A stretch of DNA of 63,801 nt, the filler included, from Octopus bimaculoides (taxonomy: Eukaryota), in NCBI RefSeq assembly GCF_001194135.2. It is 6 parts of 4 records of this genome, joined end to end, with 100 filler letters (N's around TTAATTAATTAA, not from the genome) between each part and the next. Parts side by side here need not be neighbours in the genome. Positions count along the whole stretch, not along the records: positions 1 to 25,490 come from NC_068986.1; 5 more parts are not named here. The stretch is one strand, 5' to 3'. Shown here in pieces: positions 1 through 12,675 of the stretch. The notes under the pieces were generated by a model. That model saw nothing but the letters and a program-made list of their open reading frames with translations, made no database searches and was not told where the DNA came from. A program made the translations under genes and the position numbers. How positions within the stretch are numbered: the stretch's first letter is position 1; every line of letters starts with the position of its first letter.

Positions 1-1331
1 ACATTGATGAAGGTGTCGGCGCAGGAACTGCTATAGCTGTGTTCTGTATGTGTGGTGGTAATGATGTTGACAGTGGTAATGATCTGTTGAAACTTGGCGA
101 CGTCGGGGGGAATGCTTGTAGTTGGTAGTAGTAATTGTTGTCGTCACGGTGGTAATCTTGGTTGGCGCACGACGCTGGTGGCGAAAAGGCTGTTTGGTGA
201 TGAGTGTTTGAAGAGGTACGCTTTTACAGAACGATCGACAGACAAATCTCTGTACGATCATTAGCGAAAACCTCGAAGAAAAATTGTCTTAACCCAAGAT
301 GAAAAAACGACCGTGCGAAATGAATAACAAGAGTTATTGTGTGGCATAAAAGATGTATGTGTAATGTGAGAGGGTGAATGCGACATATAAGAACATAAAA
401 AGCAGGCCGTAATTCCTGTTTGTTTTTCGTGAGTGGAAAAAAATCCACTCTAACAGAGGCGAGAATAAAAACCGCTCTTGTTGAGTCGTGTTGACTATGG
501 TTGGAGACGTTGGTAATCCATAGTTCAGTCTCCATGGCCGTATTTGTTCTTTNNNNNNNNNNNNNNNNNNNNNNNNNNNNNNNNNNNNNNNNNNNNNNNN
601 NNNNNNNNNNNNNNNNNNNNNNNNNNNNNNNNNNNNNNNNNNNNNNNNNNNNNNNNNNNNNNNNNNNNNNNNNNNNNNNNNNNNNNNNNNNNNNNNNNNN
701 NNNNNNNNNNNNNNNNNNNNNNNNNNNNNNNNNNNNNNNNNNNNNNNNNNNNNNNNNNNNNNNNNNNNNNNNNNNNNNNNNNNNNNNNNNNNNNNNNNNN
801 NNNNNNNNNNNNNNNNNNNNNNNNNNNNNNNNNNNNNNNNNNNNNNNNNNNNNNNNNNNNNNNNNNNNNNNNNNNNNNNNNNNNNNNNNNNNNNNNNNNN
901 NNNNNNNNNNNNNNNNNNNNNNNNNNNNNNNNNNNNNNNNNNNNNNNNNNNNNNNNNNNNNNNNNNNNNNNNNNNNNNNNNNNNNNNNNNNNNNNNNNNN
1001 NNNNNNNNNNNNNNNNNNNNNNNNNNNNNNNNNNNNNNNNNNNNNNNNNNNNNNNNNNNNNNNNNNNNNNNNNNNNNNNNNNNNNNNNNNNNNNNNNNNN
1101 NNNNNNNNNNNNNNNNCATTTTTCTCTATTGTGCTTATGTGCATCCTTAGATTTCTAATGAAGTAAAAGGCAGTGAAGAGAAGCCGTCATAAGAAAACTT
1201 TTAACTACCTCTATTCCTTTCTCCCCCTCTCTCTACCTCTTCCTCTCTCGCTCTCTCAAAAGCATACACGTGCAAGTACACAAATAAAACTCATGTTCGT
1301 CAATGTTTTGTAAATATACCACGATTTTCAC

Positions 1332-1465
1332 TAGGGTGTTAGTGTTAGGGTTTTAGGGTCAGGGTTACGGTTTAGGGTTACGGTTATGGTTATGGTTAGG
1401 ATTAGTGTAACGGTTACGGTTTTAGGGTCAGGGTTAGAGTTTAGGGTAAATGTTAGGGTTGGGTA
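1332..1465 (+). repeat. Degenerate telomere-like (TTAGGG/TTACGG/TTATGG)n tract, interstitial
   Basis: Direct reading: ctagggtgttagtgttagggttttagggtcagggttacggtttagggttacgg... The same unit types occur on the opposite strand inside the MITE at ~33280-33345. Confidence 0.85.
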
Positions 1466-1522
1466 ATCGTGCGGATGTTAATCTGAAAAATTACAGATAT
1501 GTGAAAAGTACCGACCCTGCCA

Positions 1523-2050
1523 TCTATTATAACTTTTGTTTTGTTTAATATATACATAGATTATGCCTCCAAAGAAAAGAGTTTGCTGAGAAAAGAAAGC
1601 AACCGGTTTTGCAGCAATTCACCACATTCCAGAAGTTACTTTGAACATAATGCAAAATGGTGCATCAACATCTTCTGCCCAATCTGATAAAATTCTCGCA
1701 AAACTGTAGCAACAGATCGCCAGCAATTGCTTCATCACAAATTGCCGTCCTAGCTCCTACTAAAAGGGATTACCCTGCTATGTATAATCAAGGCAGCGCA
1801 AAAAGTTGTTTTGCACAAGCATTTCTATAGCCAATTAGACGGAGGAAATTTACGTACGCTTAATAATATTACGTAAAATAGCCTTCAGACTCTCCCTATT
1901 AATTTCATCGTCTTTTAAATTATGAACTTATTTACATCATAAGGGTTTTTTCGTTGTAAGGCTTTCTTTTTTAGTTGATTTTCACTTAGCAAGACTTATC
2001 GTAGATGGCGTAATAATTCACACCCAGACAAGGTCGGGTTATACAGCTAG
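1523..2050 (+). mobile_element. Non-autonomous Helitron (3' end firm, 5' end tentative)
   Basis: GC-rich hairpin ACCCAGACAAGGTCGGGT (2022-2039), then CTAG (2047-2050) followed by T, which is the canonical Helitron 3' terminus. Candidate A|TC 5' end at 1523. Contains a stop-interrupted MPPKKR-starting remnant at 1563. Confidence 0.6.
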
Positions 2051-2118
2051 TAGTTGTATAAAAATCCATGAGTCAGAATAAATGGACTCATATAACAATT
2101 AGCAGAACTAGTATGTCA

Positions 2119-2165
2119 TCTTATACTATAATAAGAGCCACATCTCTCCGTCCGTGTGTCTGAAG
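2119..2165 (+). mobile_element. Probable Helitron 5' terminus
   Basis: A|TCTTATACTATAATAAGAGC followed by ...CCGTCCGTGTGTC resembles animal Helitron 5' ends; it lies upstream of the Helitron Rep relic on the same strand. Confidence 0.5.
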
Positions 2166-3529
2166 CCATCAGTAATTAGATAGTAGAATTAGAGAGAGAT
2201 AGGGAGGTGGAGAAGTAGAGTTGACAAGGAGTGAGAAAGAAAGAGAGAGAGAGAGAGAGAGAACAACATATGCGTATGTAAAAGGAATGTATGTGATTGT
2301 ATGCATGGAAGTGTAAGATAATACTGAATGCTGATGCACGTGTGTGTGTGTGTGCGCATGTAAAAGGGTATGTTTGTATGTATGAAACAGCGTTTGTTGT
2401 CAAAATGAAACTGAATTTTTTTCCTTCTTCTTTCACTGTTTTGCAATTTTATTTCATATCATAAATTGTAACTGAAACATAATCCATTGTTTTCAATTGA
2501 AATATTTGCTTTGATAATGATAAAAGGAGAAAATATCATACATAGAAGAAAACAAAAAAACAATAATATTTCTTTTCTTCCTTCAAGTTTGTTTTAAGTT
2601 CTTGCCGAGTGATAAGGCTCATATAAAGAACGAATACCAGTTCTATCGCCTGAGATTTGAAACCACATCTCAGAATTACTGGTCGCACTTTTGCCCACCA
2701 AATCAGTTTGCAGTAGAAAAAGCTTCCTTGTCCTGTCAATTAAAACAATGATTGATGAGATTTTAATGACCAGCTAGATGAAGTTAAGTTAAGATGAACC
2801 AAATCTTGTCCATCTTTCTATTGGCTGCAGACTGTTATATAAATATGTAGGCACTGACCAGCCAAAGGGGTCAGTTCCCTGCTAGTGATCATGATAGCCT
2901 GTTCAGATGGTTTTGGGGGCTGAATGAGAAACGATGTCACTGGGTCAAATAAAAACTACTGCAAGCATCTTTCCTTTCTCCCCAACTTATTTGTTTCACA
3001 CTGACATTCATCTACTCACACTTGATTAATCTATCTAATTGTCATGCCTACCACATTTATAGATTACCCTTTCCATCACATCTATCACACAGTAATTGCA
3101 CAAGGCTAAGTAGATTGTCAATAAATGCCTATAGTTAAAATTATATGCTGATTTTCACCGATCCCACGTGGTTCACAAACACATCATCGTCAGATTTTCG
3201 GGCCTCTTCATTACAGATACTTAATTCTTGATATTTACCATTACATGTGTGTGAGTACCATTTCAATAGCTCTGTCAAAATATTCATTATACTTTTTAAT
3301 GTTCTTTCATTCGTTCCTATTTGTGAGTCTCAGATAAAAACAACATGCGTGTGTATGCATGCATGTGTGTGTGCAAATATGTATGTGAATGTTTGTGAGA
3401 AAGTTTGGTTATTTTTATACTTCACACTGTGTAAATAAGATATAAATATTGTCATCATAATACAATCGTCTGTCTCACTATTATGTTTTCATTTTCACAC
3501 TATTCCATTTAATTAATAAGTATTTAATT

Positions 3530-4304
3530 AAGATTTGTCCATGGAAGAGGAACGGTCCAATTATAGAAGAACTGCAAAACGCTTGAGCCAGCAACTATGA
3601 AGATTGAGACAAACTCAAGAACAGAAAGAAGAGCAACATAAAAGGAACACAGAAAGACGGTGTCAGCTCCATTTAGCACAGTCACAGGAGTGAAGAAAGC
3701 AAATTTTAGAACAAGATGCTGCTCAGCATAGAAATGCAAGGCAACAACTGTCACAAGAACGTGAGCAAATTTTAGTACAAAATGCAGCACAACACAGAAG
3801 ATGTCAGCAAATCAATAATAGGCTGACTTTTAATATAGCTTGACAAGATGATGTAGATGAACTTCTACAGGTTCCCGTTGACATTGCTCACCATAGTTGT
3901 GGCCTCATGGATGTGCGTTGCTACCACTGCAATGCTTTGATGTTTATTGGAGAGTATACAGGAGGAACAATGAACAATCCCAGTTTTGGTATATGCTGTA
4001 AATCAGGAATGATAAAAATTGAAAATATCTCAGAGTTACCGAATGAACTTGCTGATCTCTTTCTTTCTAATACTCCTGAAGCAAATTATTTCAAATATAA
4101 TATTTACAGGTTTAACAGCACCATGGCAATGTGTAATATGAAAGTAGATGACACTTCAATACTGAGAGGAATTATAAATTACGGAATACATGGAATTATT
4201 TATAGATTTATTGGAGCTCCTAAAAACTAAATAGGAACAGTCCCATCTAGCTTACAGACATATTTCTATGATCATGAAGAACAAATAAGAAGACAAATTG
4301 AAAT
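3530..4304 (+). pseudogene. Helitron Rep/helicase N-terminal region (charged repeats + Cys-rich domain), decayed
   Basis: ORF 3907-4230: CYHCNALMFIGE...ICCKSG...YFKYNIYRFNS...GIIYRFIG, continuing past a stop to QTYFYD; typical helitron_like_N motifs. Upstream in-frame R/Q/E-rich repeats with stops. Truncated by the RTE insertion. Confidence 0.85.
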
Positions 4305-5311
4305 AGAGTGTAAGTACCTTGAGAGAAAAGTTAGACCTTAGAAGCATCAGTTGTGGTGTGCAAGAGAGACAATTGCGCTGGTATGGACATGTGGCAAGAA
4401 TGGATGAGGATAGCTGTGTGAAAAAGTGCCACACCCTAGCAGTTGAGGGAACCTGTGGAAGAGGTAGACCCAGGAAGACCTGGGATGAGGTGGTGAAGCA
4501 CGACCTTCGAACTTTAGGCCTCACCGAGGCAATGACCAGTGACCGGGACCTTTGGAAATATGTAGTATGTGAGAAGACCTGGCAAAGCAAGTGAAAGCAT
4601 AATCTGTGATCTCTGCCAGAAGTGTAGCCAGCTCACTAATTTGTATCTTTACTTCATTGGACACTAAAAACCCTGCTTGTGAAGACCTGTTGAGGCTAGT
4701 GAATTTGGAATTTGGAATGTGAAATCTGAAATCGAAATCGAACTGAATCCGATGACTGGCACCCATGCCAACCTCTCCTTCATTGGACACTAAACTCTGC
4801 TTGCGAAGACCTGTTGGGGCAAGTGAAATCGTAATTAAACCATACTCGATGACTGGCACCATGCCAGTAGAGCACTAACAGCGCTGTCCGAGCGTTGTTC
4901 ATTGCCGGAGCAGCTGTCTGGCTTCCGTGCTAGTGGCCTGTAAATAGCACCATTTGAATGTAATCATTACCAGCGTCGCCTTCTAGCACCTGTGCTGGTG
5001 GCACGTTAGAAAATCATTTGAGCAAGGTCATTGTCAGTGCCGCTTGACTGGCTCCTGTGCAGGTGACACGTAAAAAACACCATTTTGAGCATAGTCGTTG
5101 CCAGTACCGTGTGACTGGCCCTCGTGCCGGTGGCACATAAAAGCACCCACTACACTCTCGGAGTGGTTGGCGTTAGGAAGAGCATCCAGCTGTAGAAACT
5201 CTGCCAGATCAGATTGGAGCCTGGTGCAGCCTTCTGGCTTGCCAGTCCTCAGTCAAATCATCCAACCCATGCTAGCATGGAAAGCAGACGTTAAACGATG
5301 ATGATGATGAT
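4305..5311 (+). mobile_element. RTE-clade LINE, 5'-truncated 3' fragment
   Basis: LRWYGHVARMDEDSCVKK...GRGRPRKTWDEVVKHDL (RTE RT C-terminus), internally repetitive 3' UTR, (GAT)n tail at 5297-5311. Confidence 0.9.
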
Positions 5312-6274
5312 AAACTGGTAAGGTAGTAATAGAAGATGAACAATTCACCACTACCATGGTAAAACAACTTTTGACTTATGTCCTAAGTAAAGAACTGTAC
5401 AATTATTCTAATGCATTTCTACTGGATGCAATTAGTGTTAGTGACCATCATTTAAACTGATTTCTAATGATTTTATAAATTTTGTAAATTTTCAAAATCA
5501 GACAAACTTCAGAATTTGTCTTCATGCATCTGCTTTAAATAATAGACCTGGCACAATAAACAGGTTCATGTATTGATTAAAATAACAGTTATTATAAATA
5601 ATAACTGGGTTTTTTTTCAGAATCGGTGCAGTATCATAAGAAGTACACATTATCATAGAGGAGTTCCAGCTGGAGCTCACCATTTAAACAGCTCAATATT
5701 TTTGTATTTTTATGTTTTTGGTGTTCTCAATAATTTTTTTCAAATTTATTTGTTAGAAACTCTTTCATTACAAATCAAAAAAACATAATTTCTTTTGACT
5801 AACATTGAACCTGATATAAAAAATTCAGTTAGATCTCATCAGGCATAGGGAAGTCATTAACTTGCAATGTATAAAGTAAATTTACAACCTTTGTCTTTAT
5901 TAATTTTCTATTATTTCAGTGTTAAATGCTTATACAAAGCATTTTTTTTGGTAAAATTTATAAACTATCATCCATATTAAGTTAGTTTATTTGTGATATC
6001 TCACTCACCACTAATGTAGGCATGGCATAACAACTACTTAAAAACGAGTGCTACAAAAAAAAAAAGGTTAAGAACCATTGCCATGGTATATGTATAGTAA
6101 TTTCCATGTAGTGTGTATTCCATTATATGATTGCTGTTGTGATCTTTTCCAAAAAGGTTGTTTCTTTGATTTACTCAACGAAGATAACCATTTCCAGGCT
6201 TGTATTAATGGCAAAAGTTATAGGAGATAGTTTTTCATTAGCCAGGAGAATGAATAGTTCTCTATGCCAGTATG

Positions 6275-7466
6275 TACAAGGTGGTATCAAAAAGTTCCCT
6301 GACTAGTTATGTTTAATAAAAAAAACTAATTTATCCAAGTTATTTATCATCATCGCTTTCACAATAGTCACCTTGTGTAGCAATACATCGGTATCAGCAT
6401 TCCTGCCACTTTTGGAAGTCATTATCTGTAAGCAAGTCGAGGACCTTCTGCAATTCGCTCTGGATTTTGACAATGGTGTTAAAACAGTAACCTATGAGCT
6501 GCATTTTCATCTTGGGGAAATCTTCAGGCACTAAATCTGACAAATAGGACAGGTGCAGAAGCAATACCATGCTGTTTTTGGTGAGAAACTCACAAGTGAG
6601 GAGAGCTCAGTAACAGGGTGCATTGTCATTGTGAAAAATTGGATTCTTCACGCTCCACAGATCTGGTCACTTTCACTGAATGTCCTCCCTCAAACACTTC
6701 AAAACACCGCAGTAGAACTCTCGATTGATGGTCTGGCCCTGGGGAACAAATTCTCTACACACAATACCATGGATGTCAAAAAAAATGATGAGCATACTCT
6801 GTCGTGCCTTCTTCAGTTGTGGAGATGAAGGCCTCTTCCATTGTGATGATTGCTGCTTTGTCTCAGGGTCAAACCCATAGAGCCAACTCTCATAACTGGT
6901 AATGATCCTCAACATGAAGGATAGGTCATCAGTGGCATGGTGACGGAGATCTTAACAGACTTTCATGCAATGTTCTTTCTGCTCAGTGGTCAGCATGTGG
7001 GGGACAAACTTGACAGAGACAGACTAACAACATCAGCAATATCGTTGACTGTCCTCTGACGATCCTTGTGCACAAGCTGATGAATTTTCTCCATATTTTC
7101 AGGGGTGATGTTTGTGGTAGGTCTTCCAGATCACTCATTGTCTTCCAGGGATATTCTTCCACTTTTGAAGCATCTGTACCACTTGAAACATTACATACAA
7201 CCCATTGCCTCATTGCCATAAGTTTGCTGAAGCATGCTCAATGTCTCTGTAGCAGACTTCCCAAGTTCAACGCAAAATTTCACATTGGCTCTTTGTTCCA
7301 GCTTCCTGTCTATAACAAAAATCACAGACTACAGCATATACATGATTACAAAAACACAAATTTCACAACTTCTGAAGTAAACACAGTGATGTCACATGGC
7401 ACACTACCTCATGAAAGTTCCAGCTGGCTCTCACTGTGCATGCAACTGGAATTGATAACAACATTT
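6275..7466 (-). mobile_element. Mariner-family DNA transposon, decayed
   Basis: Frameshifted transposase: LEQRANVKFCVELGKSATET (HTH), IITSYESWLYGFDPETKQQSSQW (first catalytic D region), MLIIFFDIHGIV. TA|CAAGGTGGTATCAAAAAGTTCC TIR-like end at 6275; the other end is degenerate. Confidence 0.9.
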
Positions 7467-7470
7467 TAAA

Positions 7471-8880
7471 CAGACAAAGGATTGGAATTTGGTCAGAAGA
7501 AATGTCCTTATTTAATTGTTGAATGGTCTTACTATCTCTTCTGTCCAACACAAAGAATGCTACAAGTACCTTAGTATTGATAAAAGTATATCATACCAAG
7601 GTATTGTGTATAAAGATAGAGTGACCCTAGAATATTACACCAGGCCAAGAAAAATATGGCAGCTTGAACTCTCCTTTTACAAGATAATATCACACAATGC
7701 ATTTGCAGTACCAATGCTGATTTCAACATTTGGAATACTCAACTGGTTTGTAGAAGAAATCCATTCCATAGACATTAAAACCCACGAGATACTAACATCA
7801 TCAGGCTCTACCTAAGAAGAGATAAAGTAGATAGAGGCTTGAGATCAGTGCAGACAACCTTTGAATGTCACATAGTCTCTCTCAGACAGCACTTGCTAAA
7901 CAGCAGTAAAAATATATACATTAGCTTAGTGTTGAAATGTGAAGAAAATATCCTATATGCTGGAAGTGAACTCCTCAGGAAGTACTTTCTTCCCTTTGAC
8001 TTCCCAAATCAACTGGACGAGCATACCTCAAAGCAGACCTAGAAGTGAAAAACTCAGCACACACAAAAAAAGACCATGCATGAGTATATTTCTTGTAGAC
8101 TTGAAGAAGATAATAACATTGATGTGCATTGCAATCCAAGGATAGGAGATTGCTACTAAATACCTAATCAACAAAAGAGACAATGAAGCCCTTGGAGTTC
8201 CAAGATGCAACCATAAATGTAGATTATGTCATATTTCTGTGGAAGACATCAAACATATGATTAGCAGCTGCCCAAAAATGTCATCAACGTACTATCTCCC
8301 TATACGACATGACATCACAACAACAATATACAATGCCATTCAGAAGAAAAACTGTTCTGGAATAAATACAAGGAATCACCCTGTTATTGAATACATACAT
8401 AAATACCAGCACAAGGAATACTGGTGGAACATTCCCATCAAAACATCTACCAAGTGTCAGCATAACAGGCTGGGTATTTTTGTTTGGGACAGACAAGAAA
8501 AAGTATGTACCATCATAGAGGTCAGCTGTTATGCTGATGTGAATATCTCTTTGAAAATCAAAGAGAAAGAAGATAATTATGGACAATTGCTTTGAAACCT
8601 CCAGTTTCTATATCTGGATTAGAAAGTTAAATTCATACCAATAGTAATTGAAGCACTTGGTTTTGTAAGTAAATGCGTAACTGTCTGTCTGGATATGCTT
8701 GGATTTTCAGGAAAAGATATCAACCGATTCGTACATTATAAATACAATCTTTAAGTGGAACAATAAAACTATTTAAGACTTTTCTCAGGTTTAAAATGTG
8801 ACATTGTTTTCATTTCTACATTCCAAAGATGAAGCTTTGTACCTTTGTTAGAAACCAGCTCCTTCTTCAGGGAGAGAGAG
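7471..8880 (+). mobile_element. R4/Dong-like non-LTR retrotransposon with restriction-like endonuclease, 3' fragment
   Basis: GLEFGQKKC, YKYLSI, IWQLELS, NAFAVPML (RT C-terminus); CRLC...EDIKHMISSC (CCHC); EYWWNIPI...NRLGI..WD...IIEVSCYAD..KEKEDNY (decayed PD-(D/E)xK RLE); FIPIVIEALG. Confidence 0.88.
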
Positions 8881-8924
8881 AGACACACACACACACACAA
8901 CAGGAGAGTAAAGAGAATATGGTC

Positions 8925-9770
8925 ACCAGAACTCTCAGCTTATAACACCTTTGGAGTGCCTGTCCTCATGCTTATGTTTGGCCTTCTGAACTAGCCACTA
9001 CAAGAACTCAATGAGTAAGCTGGTCAGCATTACAGGAAATTTCAACATCAATGCCAATGTAGACAGGCTATACTTCCCACACAAGGATAGTGGTCATGGT
9101 CTCAAATCTGTACCGATATCAAATGAATCACAGATTGTGACACTGAAATAGCAACTGCAGTAGAGGAAGGAGATCAGAAATTATCTTGCCCATGTTTGTG
9201 ACCATGAAATCAACAGCATAATTAGGACAGCTAATAAACTTGAGGAGTGGCATTAAATTAGAACTGATCTCTCCCCAACAAGCATTGGTAAAATCTATTT
9301 ATCAGAACAAGAGTAAAAAAAATGAACCAGTTCACAGAGAAAATAGTACATGGGTACTTGATATGTAAATACAAACCATAGAAGGGACTGATTATGTCAA
9401 AAGCTTGGTATGGAGAACTGATAAATTTATGACATCCCACTTTGAAGGTTACATCCATGCAATCTAAGAACAAGAGATCTACACCAAGTACCTACAGCAT
9501 AAAAGGCAGAAAACGTTGACAGACAACAAATGTAGGCTTTGCAAGACAAAGACTAAAGACATCAACTATATTATTGCCAACTGTGAGAGAATGCCTTCAA
9601 GATATCATCTTTCCATGAGGTATGATGCAGTGGCCAAAATGGTCTGAAATGGAATAGCAAAGAAAATACCTACAAATGAAGTTGACTATATTGAGACTGA
9701 TATATCAAAAGAATATTGGTGGAACTCAAAAATTAAAACAGCCACCAAGTTAAAACAAATCCATAAACAT
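8925..9770 (+). mobile_element. Second, divergent R4/Dong-like fragment in tandem
   Basis: NTFGVPVL, NFNINANVDRLYFP, FEGYIHAI*EQEIYTKYL, CRLCKTKTKDINYIIANC, EYWWNSKIKT; many stops. Confidence 0.8.
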
Positions 9771-9843
9771 TTGATAGTTCACACTAGTTTTGATTACTGT
9801 TCATGATATACAAGTATTATCAAAACAATTTTAAAAAATAACT

Positions 9844-10109
9844 TCTTGTAACATAATTTGTTACATACAATAAATAAAATAACCAGACAACAGTAAAGAC
9901 AATGTAACAAACTAACAAATCTCTTTATGAACCAACAATCAATATTCCTTGTGAACTAACCAGCCAACACCATCTGACTTGACTGCGCGAACTAACACAA
10001 ACTTCATTTGACTCCAAACTCTGAACTTGAACTCACTCAGATCGTTACTATCTATACTTTACTCAGACTAGTCTATTTCTCGCAATGGGGCATCATAACT
10101 CTCACCACA
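9844..10109 (-). repeat. 3' LTR of the Gypsy element
   Basis: Aligns by eye with 13594-13857, with numerous transitions and small indels. Confidence 0.9.
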
Positions 10110-11579
10110 TCTCTCCTTTTGAGATTTAGATGACATGTGAGAAAGTGGAATTTCTTTTATTTCTTTAACCAGCACCTCTCCTTCTTTTCTTTTTTTTGTT
10201 TAGCTGTGCCTGACTTTAAGGTAGTATTGTCAGGTAGTATAGTGCACACAGCACTCTTTCTTTCATTGTACTAAGCACTCTTGTTTTGTTTGTTTGTTTT
10301 TTGAAAATTGAATATCTTTTTTGTTTAGGTATTACTTCCAGATATTCAGTCTGTTTTCATTTTTTGAAGCTAGTTCTACAGGGTTCAATATCTCTTGGTG
10401 CTGGCTCTTCAAACATATCATAGGAAACTTCCATTGGTATTACCCTTACTTCTTCTGTATGTCTCATCTTTAACAGGTTAAGGTGTCTCTTATGTTCCGA
10501 ACGTTGTCCTTAAATTAAATACATCATGTTACCTAATATTTTGATTACACAGCCATCCTCCCAACCTTCTTTACCATTTTTTGCTATTTTTAAAATGAAC
10601 TTTATCTCTTCAAAATGTTTTGTAATATTTCTTGTATTTTCTCAAAATGTATTTTTTGTCTTTCCTTTATATGTATTTTTCCTAGCAATAATTTATGGAA
10701 GATCGATTTTATTTTACGTGCAAACATTAACTCTGCTGGTGACTTTCTAGAATTAGTATTTGGATTTGGCATTATTCTATATACTCTCAAAAATTTTGTT
10801 AATACCTCATTATTACCTAGCTCATTCCTAGCTTTTCTTAGAACTCTTTTGAATGTGTCAACAAATCTTTCCACCTGCCCATTTGATCTCAGGTGGTGTG
10901 GTGGGGTAAAGATGTACTTTATGGCATGTATTTTGCAGAAATTTCTTTATTCGTATCCTGTAAATTGTGTTCCATTATCTAAAACTAATGTGTCTGGAAC
11001 ACCGTATCGAGCAAATAACTCAAGTAGGAACTTTATTGTTGTCTTTGCTGTGGGTTTATTACATCTGCATACCTCTAGCCACTTTCTATAGCTATCCACA
11101 ATAATTAGATAGTATGCGCCGTTCACTGGTCCAGCATAGTTGATATGTACCCTGGACCATGGGCTCTCAGGTTTTGTGCATAGACCTACTTTGTCCACGA
11201 GTACTTGTGGAAACATTTAAAACAATTTTCTTTTTAACTCTTCAGACAAATTATTTTTAGAGGGACAACCATTTATGTTTTTACAACAGAGATTTATGGG
11301 GAAGTCCCATAAATCGAATAATTCTAACCAATCAGTGCCAAACAGATCGGTTGCATTTTTAACAATGAAGACTTTCACCTTGCATGTTTTCTCTCAAAAT
11401 GTGACATTAGTCCACATTTCACCTATGAAATTTAATTTGTTGCCAGTCATGCTACGAGCAGATTTAACTGTTTTTCTCAACTATAGGTTTCTCTATTTTT
11501 TATCATGTGTCCATATTTATTATTGAAATATCACTTCCAGTATTGAATTGAAGTTTAATATGTATTCCATTTATTTTTA

Positions 11580-12675
11580 CATCATCATCATCGTTTAATG
11601 TCCGCTTTCTATGCTGGCATGTGTTGGACTGTTTGACTGAGGACTGGCAAGCCAGAAGGTTGTAGCAGGCTCCAATCTGATCTGGCAAGGTTTCTACAGC
11701 TGGATGCCCTTCATAACGCCAATCACTCCGAGAGTGTAGTGGGTGCCAGTCAGGCAGTACTGGCACTGACCATGCTTGAATGGTATTTTTATGTGCCGCT
11801 GACATGGGTACCAGTCAGGCAGCACTGGCAATGACCATGCTCGAATGGTGCTTTTTACGTGCCACCAGTATGGGACTAGTCAGGTGGCACTGGCATCAAC
11901 CATGCTTGAACGGTGCTTTTTATGTGCCGCCAGCATGGGTGCCAGCCATGCGGTACTGGCATTAGCCATGACAATCACTTGATTCAACAGGTCTTCTCAA
12001 GCACAGTTTATTGTCCAATGATTGAAGGGTACTCTTAAATGGGCCAGTTATGCTACACTGGCATAGGGCACGGTTATGGTCTCACTTGGCTTGCCAGGTC
12101 TTCTCAAGCACAGCATATCTTGGTTGCTCATCATCGCCTCTGTGAGGCTCAACATTCTAAGGTCATGCTTCACCACCTCATCCCAGGTTTACCTCTTCCA
12201 CAGGTTCTTTCCACTGTTAAGGTGTAACACTTTTTCACACAGCTGTTCTCATCCATACACAACACATGACCATACCAGCGCAGTCATCTCTCTTGTACAT
12301 CACATCTGATGCTTCTTATGTCTAACTTTTTTCTCAGAGCACTTACACTCTGTCATGTATGCACACTGACAGCACACATCCAGCGGAGCATACTAGCTTC
12401 ATTTCTTTCAAGCCTAAGCATGTCCTCAACAGTCACAGCCCATATTTCACTGCTGTGTAGCACGGTTGTTCGCACACATACATCATATAGTCTACCTTTC
12501 AAAAGGCCTTTATTACCAGCAGAGGTAGGAGCTCTCTGAATTTTGCCCAGGCTATTCTTATTTTTCAGTCACACTCTCAGAGCATCCACCCCAACTACTG
12601 ACTTGGTCACCTAGATAAAGGAAGCTATCAACTACTTCTAGTTTTTTCCCCCCAGGCATGTGATAGAGCTGCGAC
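11580..12675 (-). mobile_element. RTE-clade LINE 3' fragment nested in the Gypsy element
   Basis: KLEVVDSFLYLGDQ, IRIAWAKFRELLPLL, LRWYGHVV; (CAT)n on + at 11580-11592. Same family as 4305-5311. Confidence 0.9.

Noticed and set aside
1332-1465. True telomere or chromosome-fusion scar
   Set aside because: Short, highly degenerate, single orientation, and similar units occur inside a MITE.
5775-5850. Hammerhead-like CUGAUGA plus possible stem II on the minus strand
   Set aside because: AAAA instead of GAAA after the stem, and no stem I partner or cleavage triplet.
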